From a virus (Duplodnaviria > Caudoviricetes), in the IMG/VR virus record IMGVR_UViG_3300035686_000003, positions 83,707 to 147,706 of that record: a stretch of 64,000 nt of DNA. One strand, written 5' to 3'. The position numbers and the translations under genes are program-made. The notes beneath the pieces were generated by a model. That model was not told the DNA's origin and ran no database searches. It saw only the letters and a list, made by a program, of their open reading frames with translations. Position 1 is the first letter of the stretch. Each line of letters begins with the position of its first letter. Of the stretch, positions 17,770 to 27,950 are shown piece by piece.

Positions 17770-18119
17770 ACTTGTTCAAAAGTTCCCTGAAATTGGTGAT
17801 GCAAGATACCATTCTGCTGCCCCGCATAATTCACTTGATATTCTTTGCACTTAAAATTCAACCCCTGCAACTCTGGTGGTGCATCAGTGTCGAATGCAAA
17901 CGGACGTGTACCCCTGAGAGATACCAAGAATGCTTCCAGCTGGGTTCCGTTACTCACTAGTTGATTCACAGCAACACTCAGTTTCACAGAATTTAACCCT
18001 GGGACAACCCGACTCTGGATTAACCCGGATTCTTTCTGCTGCTCAAGCGATCGCACGTCACATTCGTATGACAACTGTGTGCCAAAGGCTAACTTTAGTG
18101 GGATGATGGGGATTGGCAA
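17751..18119 (-). CDS. Minor tail protein M (Dit)-like, copy 1
   Basis: GLNS...LEAFLVSLRGTRPFAF...FKCKEY...GTFEQV; directly upstream of gpL. Confidence 0.75.
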   Translation of the reverse strand: MPIPIIPLKLAFGTQLSYECDVRSLEQQKESGLIQSRVVPGLNSVKLSVAVNQLVSNGTQLEAFLVSLRGTRPFAFDTDAPPELQGLNFKCKEYQVNYAGQQNGILHHQFQGTFEQVWRVGL

Positions 18120-18246
18120 AATCAGTGAACAATGATTAGTGAACAGTTATCCTCTTAATTCTCGTTACATCAGGGGTTTCGGGTATGTGCGTTGACACAC
18201 AAGGTCGGAGGTGTTATTGTAAGAAAAAAGTTGAGGGTTAACTTAA

Positions 18247-18510
18247 ATGAAAAGAACATTGATAGCCGTCACACTCGTTGCAATATTATGTACATCTTGT
18301 GCAAGTGATCAAGTTTTTGCAAAATCAGAAGCGACAATTGCTGACTTAGGTTACACCAACATCAAGTACGAAGGATATGCTTGGGTAAGTTGTGACAAAA
18401 ATGACTTTTATGCTTTGAAATATTCAACTACATCAGCTTCTGGTCGCAGAGTCACGTTAGCCGCTTGCTCTGGAGTCTTCAAAGGAGTCACAGTTCGGAC
18501 AATAAACTAA
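18247..18510 (+). CDS. Phage lipoprotein
   Basis: Lipobox LCTSC; own promoter TTGACA-17-TATTGT and downstream hairpin. Confidence 0.7.
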   Translation: MKRTLIAVTLVAILCTSCASDQVFAKSEATIADLGYTNIKYEGYAWVSCDKNDFYALKYSTTSASGRRVTLAACSGVFKGVTVRTIN

Positions 18511-18622
18511 CGCACCACTCACACCTGTAGCCCGTTACTTCTTCTGGAGTAGCGGGTTTCACGTTTGTGTCAGGGTAACACTTGAGCTATGATGAACAAT
18601 GATAAATATTAAAGAAATCTAA

Positions 18623-18934
18623 ATGTCAGAATTAGCAAAGAAATTATTTGAGAAAAACCCCGACCTCTTCACCCTCATCCAGATTGGTGAGATGAAAGAG
18701 GAACACCAGAAGCAGCTGGAATCCTTCCTGCAAGAGAATGAAGCTGAAGTTAGCATTGAATCTTTCATTGACGAACTCAAGCGGTTAGCCTTTGAAGCTC
18801 CTGGTCGCATGACTACAGCTAGCGATCGTGCTGAAGAAAAGCAATCGCAAGAACAGCAAGCCAAGGAAGAAGAAGCTGCAAACCCCTCCGGTATCCTTCA
18901 GCAAGACCCTGCGTTTCCTGTGAATCCAAAATAG
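18623..18934 (+). CDS. Acidic hypothetical protein
   Basis: ATG ORF followed by a hairpin terminator. Confidence 0.6.
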   Translation: MSELAKKLFEKNPDLFTLIQIGEMKEEHQKQLESFLQENEAEVSIESFIDELKRLAFEAPGRMTTASDRAEEKQSQEQQAKEEEAANPSGILQQDPAFPVNPK

Positions 18935-19008
18935 ATTAGGGATTGTAGTCACAATAAAGCCGCCTCTAGTAACTCTAGTTGGGCGGCTGTTGTTTTTATG
19001 GGCAGTAG

Positions 19009-19425
19009 CTAGCCAAGTTGTTCTATTAACTCTTTTCGTGTTCCAGACAAATAGGTGTCTCCATCCTTGAGAAGGTCATAGCGAAATATTCCAGCAACTT
19101 TGACTTGCCAATGAGAATCGTAAAATCGAGAAGTGTTACGAAGATGATCGAATATTTCTCTTTCGGCAAACTCTAGCTGATCATAGGTGCTTTGACTGAA
19201 TCCACTATTTAATATGGAGATCAAGCTTACCGCTTCCTCACGATCATCTTTGTTGTCAAAGATCGACATACAATCCCCAACTTTTCCTTTCCCGAAGTTA
19301 ATCTTCCAGCACCAGCACTCCTGGTCTTCATCAAAGAACACATCGACTGTTTCGCCCAAAATTGTGCCTTGAAAATAGTTCAAGGAAATCTCTTGCCATC
19401 CATCAGGTAATTTCGTTTGTGTCAT
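19009..19425 (-). CDS. Hypothetical protein (LPDGW family)
   Basis: Shares LPDGW.E and GTR.EL modules with 23496 and 24392. Confidence 0.65.
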   Translation of the reverse strand: MTQTKLPDGWQEISLNYFQGTILGETVDVFFDEDQECWCWKINFGKGKVGDCMSIFDNKDDREEAVSLISILNSGFSQSTYDQLEFAEREIFDHLRNTSRFYDSHWQVKVAGIFRYDLLKDGDTYLSGTRKELIEQLG

Positions 19426-19856
19426 TATTTACCCCTAGCGATTGTAAGATTTAGCTTAGGCGACAAAGCCTTCTGCCAATCCCGCTCACGAAGTCTCCTA
19501 CCTCTTTCACTTTCATCGAACTCTAGCACCATGAAAAATATCTCTGTGTCTGGGCGACGATAATCCCTGAACTTACCGTGGGCTGCATTCGATGCGTACA
19601 AGTGTTGGTTCCAGCGCTGCCAAATGTTTTGCGATTGCCCCACATAATTATGGTCTTCGTGTTGCAACAAAGGGTCTAGTACTGCACAGTAGTAGACCCC
19701 TCCTTGAGACAATGATTCAACAAGATCATAGGGAATAGTGGGAGAGAACCGGAACCAACCCTGGTGAGTCTTGCATTCCGCAACTACGGGTTCGATAAGG
19801 GGGTCTTGCAGAAGTTGGTGAAAGTATTGGAGTAGTAGTGTCATTGGATAAACCAA
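19425..19856 (-). CDS. GIY-YIG nuclease
   Basis: GVYY...YVGQSQNIWQRWNQH...E...N. Confidence 0.8.
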   Translation of the reverse strand: MVYPMTLLLQYFHQLLQDPLIEPVVAECKTHQGWFRFSPTIPYDLVESLSQGGVYYCAVLDPLLQHEDHNYVGQSQNIWQRWNQHLYASNAAHGKFRDYRRPDTEIFFMVLEFDESERGRRLRERDWQKALSPKLNLTIARGK

Positions 19857-20167
19857 GGAATAGAAGTCTCGATGAACTTAGTTGAAACTTTTTGGGGAAA
19901 ACCGTAATTAGACGATCTTCCATTCGTCATGAAAGAAACTTCGCAGTCTTCGTCCATTGAGTGTTCTTTAGAGTAGCAGCTCATAACCCAACTATATAAC
20001 TGACCGTCAACCACAACGTTGCGAGATCTTTTCGTGTCATCCCTTTCGAGGATATGATAAACCTTGCCGTGATCACACAACTTAGAAACTCCCTCTATTT
20101 CAATGAAGTTTTGTTTGCCATACTTTTTCATTAATCTGTTAACTTGGCATCGAGCGCAACTTCCCAT
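19841..20167 (-). CDS. Hypothetical protein
   Basis: GGAGG RBS; Cys-containing ORF. Confidence 0.55.
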   Translation of the reverse strand: MGSCARCQVNRLMKKYGKQNFIEIEGVSKLCDHGKVYHILERDDTKRSRNVVVDGQLYSWVMSCYSKEHSMDEDCEVSFMTNGRSSNYGFPQKVSTKFIETSIPWFIQ

Positions 20168-20222
20168 TTTCCCTCCTTAGTGAACCAACAAAAACTTTTA
20201 CAAGCCTATCGATTTGATATAG

Positions 20223-20462
20223 TTACCTTGGTGGCAATGCCGCACTAGGACTCGGTAGTAGCTTCCACCCTTTTCGTAATAAATCTTGGCAAGTTGCAAA
20301 ACCCTTGCTTCCATTCGCAATGCCGTGGTCGGCTACTGCATGCTGCGGATAGCTTGCGTATGGCTTCCAGGCGCTTTCACCACTAGGACGCAAATGTAAT
20401 ACTTTTGTCTCGCTGTCGCTGCCACTGGGACTCATCCAACACATCTCGTTCATTGCTTGCAT
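20223..20462 (-). CDS. Hypothetical protein
   Basis: GGAGG RBS; 79 aa. Confidence 0.6.
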   Translation of the reverse strand: MQAMNEMCWMSPSGSDSETKVLHLRPSGESAWKPYASYPQHAVADHGIANGSKGFATCQDLLRKGWKLLPSPSAALPPR

Positions 20463-20489
20463 CCTCCGAGAGATTTCTACTATTTTAGC

Positions 20490-21578
20490 CTAGGTAGTGA
20501 TTTGTGGTAGGCTATATAGCTTGTCCCACTTTCTTTTCATGTGAGGGATAGGTAGTTGGCTCAATGCTGAGAGAACATGGATGGCTCTTGTCCCACAAAA
20601 ACCATACTCATATATTGATTTGTGCTTGTGAACATTGCTGACTCTTGCAGTGGGCATTGAAACAGGAAAATGTTTATCCATGATTTCTTTGATCCATATC
20701 AGAAGATCTTCTGTGCCTACAATTTGTAATTTCAAATAACTTGAGCTACGAGTTATGCATCCATCACCGTCAATGACTCCGCAAATGTATGCTAAAGCCA
20801 AATCTTCTGTTAACGGAGGTGGTTTAAGTGTAGCAGTTTTGCGAGAAGTTATATTAAAGTTATTGTTTAAATCTTGGACTAGTTGAGATGCTCCACAAAT
20901 TGCTATTTTAGCAACAGAGTTTTCTCGATATTGTCTTGGACTCTGATGATTATATTGTTTTACTTTGCCTGAATATTTTACGTTTTGAGCAAATCTTTCT
21001 AAGTGAGCTGTATCTTTTTTGTTGAGTGCAATTGCAACTATAGCTGGCTTATCGTACAGGCATCCGTCAGCAGCAATGAAACCTGCCCAATAAGAATTCA
21101 AAAGGTTTGGAGTCGCAAAAAAGTTTGTATCATGGAAAAGCTGCTTGTTCGTCAAATTTAATATTTGCGCTTTAGCATATATTGACGCAGTTGTTCTGTT
21201 TAATGCTTTTGCTATTTCGGACGGCTGAAGTAAATTGTAATTATCTTTCAAGAAGGTGTCATCTGCGTCTGACCAATTTCTAATGCTGTAAATTTTCAAA
21301 TTGTGAGCCTTAGATTCAATCGTTGTCTCTGTTCGCCCCGGAAGAAGCGCCAATAATTCTTTTCGGCTAACTCTTCCATAATACGTTTTTAGGATATCTA
21401 GCTCAGTTTTAGTCCAAGCTTTTTTCTTACCACTAAAAATTTTTAATCTACGGTTTGCAGCACCTTTTATGGCATTGTAAGTTTTGGACGGAAAAAGGTC
21501 TTCCAATTCTTTGCGATTGACTTTTCCGTAAACTTCTCCCAAAAGATTAAGCTCTTGTTCTGACCAAAGTTGTGCCAT
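20490..21578 (-). CDS. Free-standing double-motif LAGLIDADG endonuclease with three N-terminal Myb-like repeats
   Basis: YWAGFIAADG and YICGVIDGDG; WSEQELNLL / WTKTELDIL / WSDADDTFL. Confidence 0.88.
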   Translation of the reverse strand: MAQLWSEQELNLLGEVYGKVNRKELEDLFPSKTYNAIKGAANRRLKIFSGKKKAWTKTELDILKTYYGRVSRKELLALLPGRTETTIESKAHNLKIYSIRNWSDADDTFLKDNYNLLQPSEIAKALNRTTASIYAKAQILNLTNKQLFHDTNFFATPNLLNSYWAGFIAADGCLYDKPAIVAIALNKKDTAHLERFAQNVKYSGKVKQYNHQSPRQYRENSVAKIAICGASQLVQDLNNNFNITSRKTATLKPPPLTEDLALAYICGVIDGDGCITRSSSYLKLQIVGTEDLLIWIKEIMDKHFPVSMPTARVSNVHKHKSIYEYGFCGTRAIHVLSALSQLPIPHMKRKWDKLYSLPQITT

Positions 21579-21636
21579 ACTAGATCCTAAGTGCAATATG
21601 CATTAACTCAATCATAGCATGATTTGGAGAGGTTGT

Positions 21637-22032
21637 ATGAAAGTCCAAACTTTGAAATTTCCTTTACCCCCGACGCTAAACGACCAAATCAATAGCGCTC
21701 GAACCCATTGGACAAAATCAGCACAGGCAAAAAAGAAGTGGACAAAGCTTATTGCTGATCACTGCTTAGGATCGTCATGCTTTGAAGGAAAAGTATGGAT
21801 AACTTTTGACTGGTATGTAGAAAGGTTTTCTAGAGATCCTGACAACATTATGGGTGCAGCGAAATTTATCATGGATGGCATGAAAGATGCGGGAGTAATA
21901 AAGAACGACAACCTGACAATCATTCAGTCGCCTCAGCTGCATAGCTTTGACAGGGGAGAGGATGGGGTAGTTGTCGAAATCTCAGATTCTATTTCATTGA
22001 TAATCGACAAGTTGGAAGCATTGAAACGGTAA
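21637..22032 (+). CDS. RusA-like Holliday junction resolvase
   Basis: PLPPTLN, RDPDNI...KFIMDG...GVIKNDN. Confidence 0.8.
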   Translation: MKVQTLKFPLPPTLNDQINSARTHWTKSAQAKKKWTKLIADHCLGSSCFEGKVWITFDWYVERFSRDPDNIMGAAKFIMDGMKDAGVIKNDNLTIIQSPQLHSFDRGEDGVVVEISDSISLIIDKLEALKR

Positions 22033-22095
22033 TGGTTAAGGGGGCTGGCAAGGACAAATTATTGTTCGACCAATGCCAGCTTTAGTTATCAAGGG

Positions 22096-22608
22096 TTAAC
22101 AGGGGTAGTCTAGAGCGAACTCTTCGTAAGTTGCTTCTGCTTCGTCGTGATCATCGTTATGATCTTCGTCATAGTCCTCATTATAGTAAGAAGGACAGAA
22201 AGTTCGGATCTCTTCTGGTGTACAAAAATCTTCGATCTCTTCCGGCGTACAAAAATCTTTGACACTCCAATACTCTCGATCCAAACTCAGGATTGTCAAC
22301 CCCTTGCTCCCTCCCCAGCAGTCTTCTCCAGCAGTCCAAATCCAAGCATTGTTTGCGCCACGACCAAACTTTGCATCGACAGAGCGTAATTCATCGAAGA
22401 TTTCGATATCACCATCTTTCTTAACAACATAAAAGTAGGGATCTTGGTCTTCATCCAACTCAACGTACCAATCGTAATCAGTCAGATCACAAAAGACTTC
22501 TGCCCCATAACCTTTCGCACCGATGAAAGTCGCAATAGCTGCTTGAGCTTCCTCTAGTTGGTTCTGGAGACTTTTGTGATGCGCCAAAAGTTCTTTGATG
22601 TTGGTCAT
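22096..22608 (-). CDS. Acidic hypothetical protein
   Basis: Paralog of 22618..23034; internal duplication DFCTPEEI. Confidence 0.7.
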   Translation of the reverse strand: MTNIKELLAHHKSLQNQLEEAQAAIATFIGAKGYGAEVFCDLTDYDWYVELDEDQDPYFYVVKKDGDIEIFDELRSVDAKFGRGANNAWIWTAGEDCWGGSKGLTILSLDREYWSVKDFCTPEEIEDFCTPEEIRTFCPSYYNEDYDEDHNDDHDEAEATYEEFALDYPC

Positions 22609-22617
22609 TGTTGTTCC

Positions 22618-23034
22618 TCACTCAACGTTAGATTTTACTGCCAAACCTAATTTAGGGAAAGGGGTATTGTCCTTGAGCAATAACTGAAGACTTTGGACTT
22701 CTTCTGGAGATGCAAACTCTTCTAGGCTTTGACATTGAAGGGGTAAGTCAAAAAACGTTAACACACTTCCCCATCCTTCTTCCCCTGGAGAGTAGCACCA
22801 AGCTCCTGTATCGGTCACCTTGCAAAAATCATCGTAAACCCTAATGCCTCCTGTTTCTCGAACGAAGATAAGAATTGCTCCTTCGTTAACGTGGGAATAC
22901 CAAGAAGCATTGGTTTTGTCTACATACACCTCAGCAGAAACGGCTTGCAGATGATCAACTATTGCAGCTTCTGTTACCTTTAGTTCCTCAAGTTTTGCGT
23001 TTCGTTGCCGTAACAATTCTTTAAGATCCGTCAT
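22618..23034 (-). CDS. Hypothetical protein
   Basis: MT.lKELL, AEV, GE..WG, F.SPEE shared with 22096. Confidence 0.7.
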   Translation of the reverse strand: MTDLKELLRQRNAKLEELKVTEAAIVDHLQAVSAEVYVDKTNASWYSHVNEGAILIFVRETGGIRVYDDFCKVTDTGAWCYSPGEEGWGSVLTFFDLPLQCQSLEEFASPEEVQSLQLLLKDNTPFPKLGLAVKSNVE

Positions 23035-23112
23035 TAGTTTTCTCCTGCTTACCTTAGTTGGCTATTGATGAACGATTGTGAACGGGCGATCACTTCCAAA
23101 GGATCTGTGGTG

Positions 23113-23478
23113 TCAAGAGCTACTGGGTGTGCGTTCTGCTATTCGTTGTCCAATGTGAAAAACCGCTGCGTCGTCCCAACTTTCAATCGCATGACAATCT
23201 CCATAACCAAGCTTCCATTCTAAGGTTTTATCAGTTCGAGCTTGAGCGGTTTCTAAATTGTAACGATAATGAAATTTGTCCCATAGACCATCTTCAAAAC
23301 CATAGCTAATATCATCCTCATTTTCCAGAATCTCAAACTCTCCCGGATACACAAAATCATATCTATTAGGGAGATCGATTAGGTAGGCATCATTGAAAGG
23401 TCTAATGTCTCGGTGCTTACCTATGAGGTACTCTCTTCGAGACTCATTGTTTAAAATCTGTCTAACAATTACGTGCAT
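23113..23478 (-). CDS. Hypothetical protein between ~60-bp direct repeats
   Basis: GGAGG RBS; repeats at 23032 and 23476. Confidence 0.6.
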   Translation of the reverse strand: MHVIVRQILNNESRREYLIGKHRDIRPFNDAYLIDLPNRYDFVYPGEFEILENEDDISYGFEDGLWDKFHYRYNLETAQARTDKTLEWKLGYGDCHAIESWDDAAVFHIGQRIAERTPSSS

Positions 23479-23495
23479 TAGCTTCCTCCTGCTTA

Positions 23496-24257
23496 CTAAA
23501 GTTGACTATCGATGAACGATTGTGCTTGAGTGATCGCGTCAAACTTATTCTCTGCTGAAACAGAATGTACTAGTTCACTGTTGACATATATCCAGTAGCC
23601 ATCGAAATCTGGAACAACCTCAATAAAGCAAAATTTACCCTTCATAGTTGACCAACCAAGCTTAGTCTCTTCCCACCCCTCCGGCAACTCCTCCGCAACC
23701 TCGTCTTCCCTCATCACCTCTGGCTCAGGCATACTTCCGTACACCTTAACCTTACTCCGCCACGGTTGCTGCAAATATCGTCTTACTGTAGTTGCCAACT
23801 CTTCTCGTGTTCCTCTAGCAAACCATCGGTCATCAATATAGCAGTTGTAAACATTGAGTCCAACTGATACTAGCTCATACGATTTGATTCCTTGAATTGC
23901 ATGAAGCAATTGTTCTAACGAAACCCCATCGCTTTCCACTGTTTGTGTTGCCTTCAACGATTGCAACAACTCAAGTTTGCGACCTGTACCATAAAACCTG
24001 CCGTCAACGTAACACTCACAGAAATCTTCTTTGCCTATGTGTTTGAATTCTAATTGTCGAATCCCTTTAGACATCATCAATTCTTCCATCAATTCTTCTA
24101 ATTGCATACTTTCGTTCTCTTTGGGCGCTAATGATCGCACGTACTCACGGAGTACCTCGGTCTTTGTCTTGCCTGTCTTATCACAATGAGCTTCGAGTAT
24201 CTCATGTTCTTCTGGGGTTAAGTAGAAGTCAACCCTCTTCTTGTCTTTGGTTCGCAT
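23496..24257 (-). CDS. CopG/RHH protein fused to repeated unknown modules
   Basis: RVDFYLTPEEHEILEAHCDKTGKTKTEVLREYVRSL; two GTR.EL-type modules; LPEGWEE. Confidence 0.75.
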   Translation of the reverse strand: MRTKDKKRVDFYLTPEEHEILEAHCDKTGKTKTEVLREYVRSLAPKENESMQLEELMEELMMSKGIRQLEFKHIGKEDFCECYVDGRFYGTGRKLELLQSLKATQTVESDGVSLEQLLHAIQGIKSYELVSVGLNVYNCYIDDRWFARGTREELATTVRRYLQQPWRSKVKVYGSMPEPEVMREDEVAEELPEGWEETKLGWSTMKGKFCFIEVVPDFDGYWIYVNSELVHSVSAENKFDAITQAQSFIDSQL

Positions 24258-24391
24258 ACTCTCTTGTGTGGAAAAATTGTGTTGTCAGTGTTAGTATAGC
24301 AAAAGCCACCGAAGCTTGCAAGTGCTAACGGTGGCGATGATTACAAGTATGCAGGGTGGCATCTAGTGATGTCAACTACATTATATAGCGA

Positions 24392-25003
24392 TCAAGGCTC
24401 TAATTGATCATTAATGTACGCTTGAGCTGTGGCAATCGCTACCAGAGGATCTATAGTGTCAATATCGAGATGATGTTTACCGTGATACCACAATTCATAT
24501 TTTTTAGACTCTTCCTGTTTGCCAAACTCCAAGGAAAATTGCTTCAGAAATTCTGGGTAAATTCTAACTTCTATGCCTCGATGAGATCCGTGAAGAATAG
24601 AAAGTTCATCTGCTTCCCAGCCATCAGGCAAGTCTTGTAAGTCTTTAGTTGCATCTGATATAAAAACCTTCTTCCAGCGACCTTGCTGAACAGAATCTCT
24701 CACTCTAGCAGCTAATTCTTCTCGTGTTCCTTGAGCAAACAATTGGGAATTGATAAAGCAATGGTACTCATTAGGTGCTGCCCAAATTAAGTTGTAAGAC
24801 TTTATTTCAGGTATTACACTGAATAGTTCTTCCAGACTCATCGATTCCATCGGCTTTCCCACAGGCTGAAGTGATCGCATAAAGTCACGTAGCACATCAG
24901 TCTTTGAGCGTCCTGTAGCCTCGCAGTAGGCTTCTAGAGCATCTTTTTCTGCATCTCTAACTTGTACCTGAATCCAGTTCCAGCCCTCTTTTGCCTTTCT
25001 CAT
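24392..25003 (-). CDS. CopG/RHH fusion protein, paralog of 23496
   Basis: EKDALEAYCEATGRSKTDVLRDFMRSL; GTREEL; LPDGWE. Confidence 0.75.
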   Translation of the reverse strand: MRKAKEGWNWIQVQVRDAEKDALEAYCEATGRSKTDVLRDFMRSLQPVGKPMESMSLEELFSVIPEIKSYNLIWAAPNEYHCFINSQLFAQGTREELAARVRDSVQQGRWKKVFISDATKDLQDLPDGWEADELSILHGSHRGIEVRIYPEFLKQFSLEFGKQEESKKYELWYHGKHHLDIDTIDPLVAIATAQAYINDQLEP

Positions 25004-25149
25004 TGTTCTATCCTTTGTCTGTACGATACAATGAGTATAGCAAAAGCCGCCAATAGTTGCAAGTGAACCTGCGAAAGCTACTGACGGCAATGAAACCAAT
25101 CAAGTCACTGCGACTAAAAGACAAACAGTAACTTACACATTATATAACG

Positions 25150-25707
25150 ATGAAGAAGCAAAGTGCATCCAAGCGATTTGGCAAAGTATCGGAAGCTGAT
25201 GCTAGCTGGCTATCCGAGCAACACGACTGCGTGAAGACCTTGTGGTTCGATGCAGTGATTGCAGATCCCTTTGGCGACACATTCAAGCCATTGAGGACAA
25301 AACTAAAAGAGAAGTCCTTCCTCCGTGCCAGAAAAGCATTGACGAACAAGGGGTTATTCGAGTTTGAGCCGAAGTATTCAGGTCGCGATCACAGGGTTGT
25401 GGAATGCTGGATGGTCAGAAACTTGCATGGAACCTGCAACTCTGATTACTGGGGACAATCAGAACCAAACAAAGCTCGATCTGACTATGAGATATTCTTG
25501 CTCAGCGATTATTGGCAAGGTGTCCGGCAGCAAGTTCTTGAACGAGATTCTCATACTTGTCAAGCTTGTGGGGCAACATCGCATCTTCATGTTCACCATT
25601 TAACCTATGCCCATCATGGTGAGGAGCATCTATACTTAGAAGACCTGATTACACTCTGCAAGCATTGTCATGCAAAAGAGCATGGTATTGAAGGTCAGAA
25701 TCCGTAA
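25150..25707 (+). CDS. HNH endonuclease with extra N-terminal domain
   Basis: RDSHTCQACG...HVHH...LITLCKHCH. Confidence 0.85.
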   Translation: MKKQSASKRFGKVSEADASWLSEQHDCVKTLWFDAVIADPFGDTFKPLRTKLKEKSFLRARKALTNKGLFEFEPKYSGRDHRVVECWMVRNLHGTCNSDYWGQSEPNKARSDYEIFLLSDYWQGVRQQVLERDSHTCQACGATSHLHVHHLTYAHHGEEHLYLEDLITLCKHCHAKEHGIEGQNP

Positions 25708-25961
25708 TCACTAATCCACGCCAACAAATAATCCCCACCAGGCTGCATGAGTCCGATGGGGATTGTCTTGTGTAGTTCACAGTGGCAGGAGGAGCAAAGC
25801 GTGATGAGATTCTCTAAATCAAACTTTAGTTGTGGTGCTTCACATTGAGGAATGACATGATGGATCGTGAGGTCGCTAGTAGTCCCGCAACGTTGGCAGC
25901 AGTGGTTGTCGCGAGCTAAAGCGAGCTGCCGTGCGCCACTCCTACCTTTTCCTTTTCTCAT
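25695..25961 (-). CDS. Small HNH endonuclease
   Basis: RDNHCCQRCG...HHVIP...NLITLCSSCH. Confidence 0.85.
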   Translation of the reverse strand: MRKGKGRSGARQLALARDNHCCQRCGTTSDLTIHHVIPQCEAPQLKFDLENLITLCSSCHCELHKTIPIGLMQPGGDYLLAWISDYGF

Positions 25962-26033
25962 AGACCGGATTCTGTATCAGGGGGTTGTATCTAAGCTTAC
26001 AGCGGCTCCCAAGGGCTTGTCTGTGGCAAAGCG

Positions 26034-26372
26034 TCACTCATCAGTGTCGGAACTCTTGTGCCCCCTCAACATTCTCAGTGGCAGAGTTAAGTCAATGTCG
26101 GTGGAAACTCCTAGGAGATACAAGGCGATCGCACAGTAGATGAAATTCGGGTACTCTCGGTTATGAACAGCCACGACAGTACCTTCGCTATTTCTGTCAA
26201 CCTTGACATCTACCAAAGAAGTTAGAAGGATGACGCTACTGAACGCAGCTATCGCAATCCGCTTACCAATGTGATACCAAGGTAGCTTAGGTTGGGCTAC
26301 GGTTTTGCGATTAACTTGAGAGGAGGAATTTTTTTGAGTTGGGGGTTGTGGGACTCGCTTATCAATCTGCAT
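26034..26372 (-). CDS. Small membrane protein
   Basis: Two hydrophobic segments. Confidence 0.55.
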   Translation of the reverse strand: MQIDKRVPQPPTQKNSSSQVNRKTVAQPKLPWYHIGKRIAIAAFSSVILLTSLVDVKVDRNSEGTVVAVHNREYPNFIYCAIALYLLGVSTDIDLTLPLRMLRGHKSSDTDE

Positions 26373-26896
26373 TTGCTAGTGATGGCTTCTTGCCAGGAAT
26401 ACTTATCTAATCTTAACTCCCAGCTCATTCCAGGAAGCGTTGGAAGATTAATAATTTCTAACACGAGATAACGTACAACATCGTGCGCTTTAGCATTGAT
26501 ACTGGTAGATCCACCCTGGAGATCAGCAAGATAGGCTGCTTTGAATTTGTATACTTTCTTTTCCTTTGCGCCCACACGAATCAACCATTGAATAGAAACG
26601 ATGTGAGTTTGAGGATTATTAGTATTCAACGGCAAAGCTTCATGCAAAAATCTTTTGATTTCTGCAATGTTATCCAAGGTTATTATCACTTGAGACTTTG
26701 GATGGCTGGCATGGTAGATAAACCAAGTTGCAACACTCCCTGGTGTATTCCTTCGCACTAATTCAGCCTTAGCTTTGCCACAGCGGGACTCTAGTAGCTC
26801 TAGCGTTAGTAGCTTGCGTTCGGCAGGCTTTCGGAACTTGAAGACTACATCTTTGACCCACTCTACCAACCATCCGAACCAGGTCTGATATCCCAT
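26297..26896 (-). CDS. Hypothetical protein
   Basis: 199 aa ORF with GGAG RBS. Confidence 0.6.
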   Translation of the reverse strand: MGYQTWFGWLVEWVKDVVFKFRKPAERKLLTLELLESRCGKAKAELVRRNTPGSVATWFIYHASHPKSQVIITLDNIAEIKRFLHEALPLNTNNPQTHIVSIQWLIRVGAKEKKVYKFKAAYLADLQGGSTSINAKAHDVVRYLVLEIINLPTLPGMSWELRLDKYSWQEAITSKCRLISESHNPQLKKIPPLKLIAKP

Positions 26897-27395
26897 TATT
26901 AGTCACTCCTTGATTCGAGTTTTTTGAGGCGATCACGAATCTCCTGCTGCTCCTTCATGATGAACACGAGTAAGTTCTCGATTCTATTTTGTGACTGATA
27001 TAAATCTGAAATAATCTCGGTTATGTGGTCTTCAATTTTCCATGTGTCATCGTCATAAGTAGTTTTCATTGACTCTTCCTAGTTGAGATAAAATTATTGT
27101 GCCAACAAATTACCCCAGCGAAAGACGTACTTCCACTGGGGTTCGTGTATATCCACGGGTAGGATATATATTTTCTCTTGTTAGAGTTAAATGTTACTCA
27201 TTCGTCATTGCATCATAGAATGCTCTCCACCCCTCCCACCTCTCAAACTTAGTCGTTCTCCAGGCACGATCTTTGAATTCTAGATGCGTCCCACATTTAG
27301 GACAAAAACAAAGCCTCCCCTCAATATCCAAAGATCTGTCAGCCCTTGCTACTTCCGTTAAGCAACAGGTTCCTAAAGGCATTACCACTGCACTA

Positions 27396-27950
27396 TTAAC
27401 TGCCACTTATCCAACTCCTTGTTATCTCTAGATGATCTGCTCGTGCTAGATTGTACACTTTAATGTTGTGTGCGGAAGCTACTCGGATTGCCTGACCTGT
27501 ACCTCCTGTTGCTTGTGATGTTTCTTCGCCCACTGTAGCCCCATCAGGAGTCCAGCAGAGTACGAAATTAGCTGGCTCTTGTAAACTAATGCCTAACACT
27601 TGGAAACAATTGCGGGTGTGGAGTTTCTTCGTGTACGCCTTAAGATAGAGCCACGAGGGGTGGTGTTGTGCGGCAATCGCTTGTGCTTGTTCCCATCGTG
27701 ATTGAGGATATTTCCATTTGACTATTGTTCCATAGCATTTTCTTTCTTCCCAATCATTTGCATAAAAGGTTTGTTTTTCCCCTTGAACTCTATCACACCC
27801 CCTCTCAAAGGCTTTGTCTGCTCCCTCAGCACCTCCACTCCTTAGCACTACTCCCTTCAATGCCAGCTTCGCACCCAATGCTTCCATTAGTTCACAGATG
27901 TCAGCTGGTGTTCTGCGAGAGCCGATACCTGCGTAAACTTTAGTCGTCAT
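27396..27950 (-). CDS. SLOG/DprA-like nucleotide-binding protein
   Basis: YAGIGSRRTP, LRSGGAEGAD, GGTGQAIRVA. Confidence 0.8.
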   Translation of the reverse strand: MTTKVYAGIGSRRTPADICELMEALGAKLALKGVVLRSGGAEGADKAFERGCDRVQGEKQTFYANDWEERKCYGTIVKWKYPQSRWEQAQAIAAQHHPSWLYLKAYTKKLHTRNCFQVLGISLQEPANFVLCWTPDGATVGEETSQATGGTGQAIRVASAHNIKVYNLARADHLEITRSWISGS

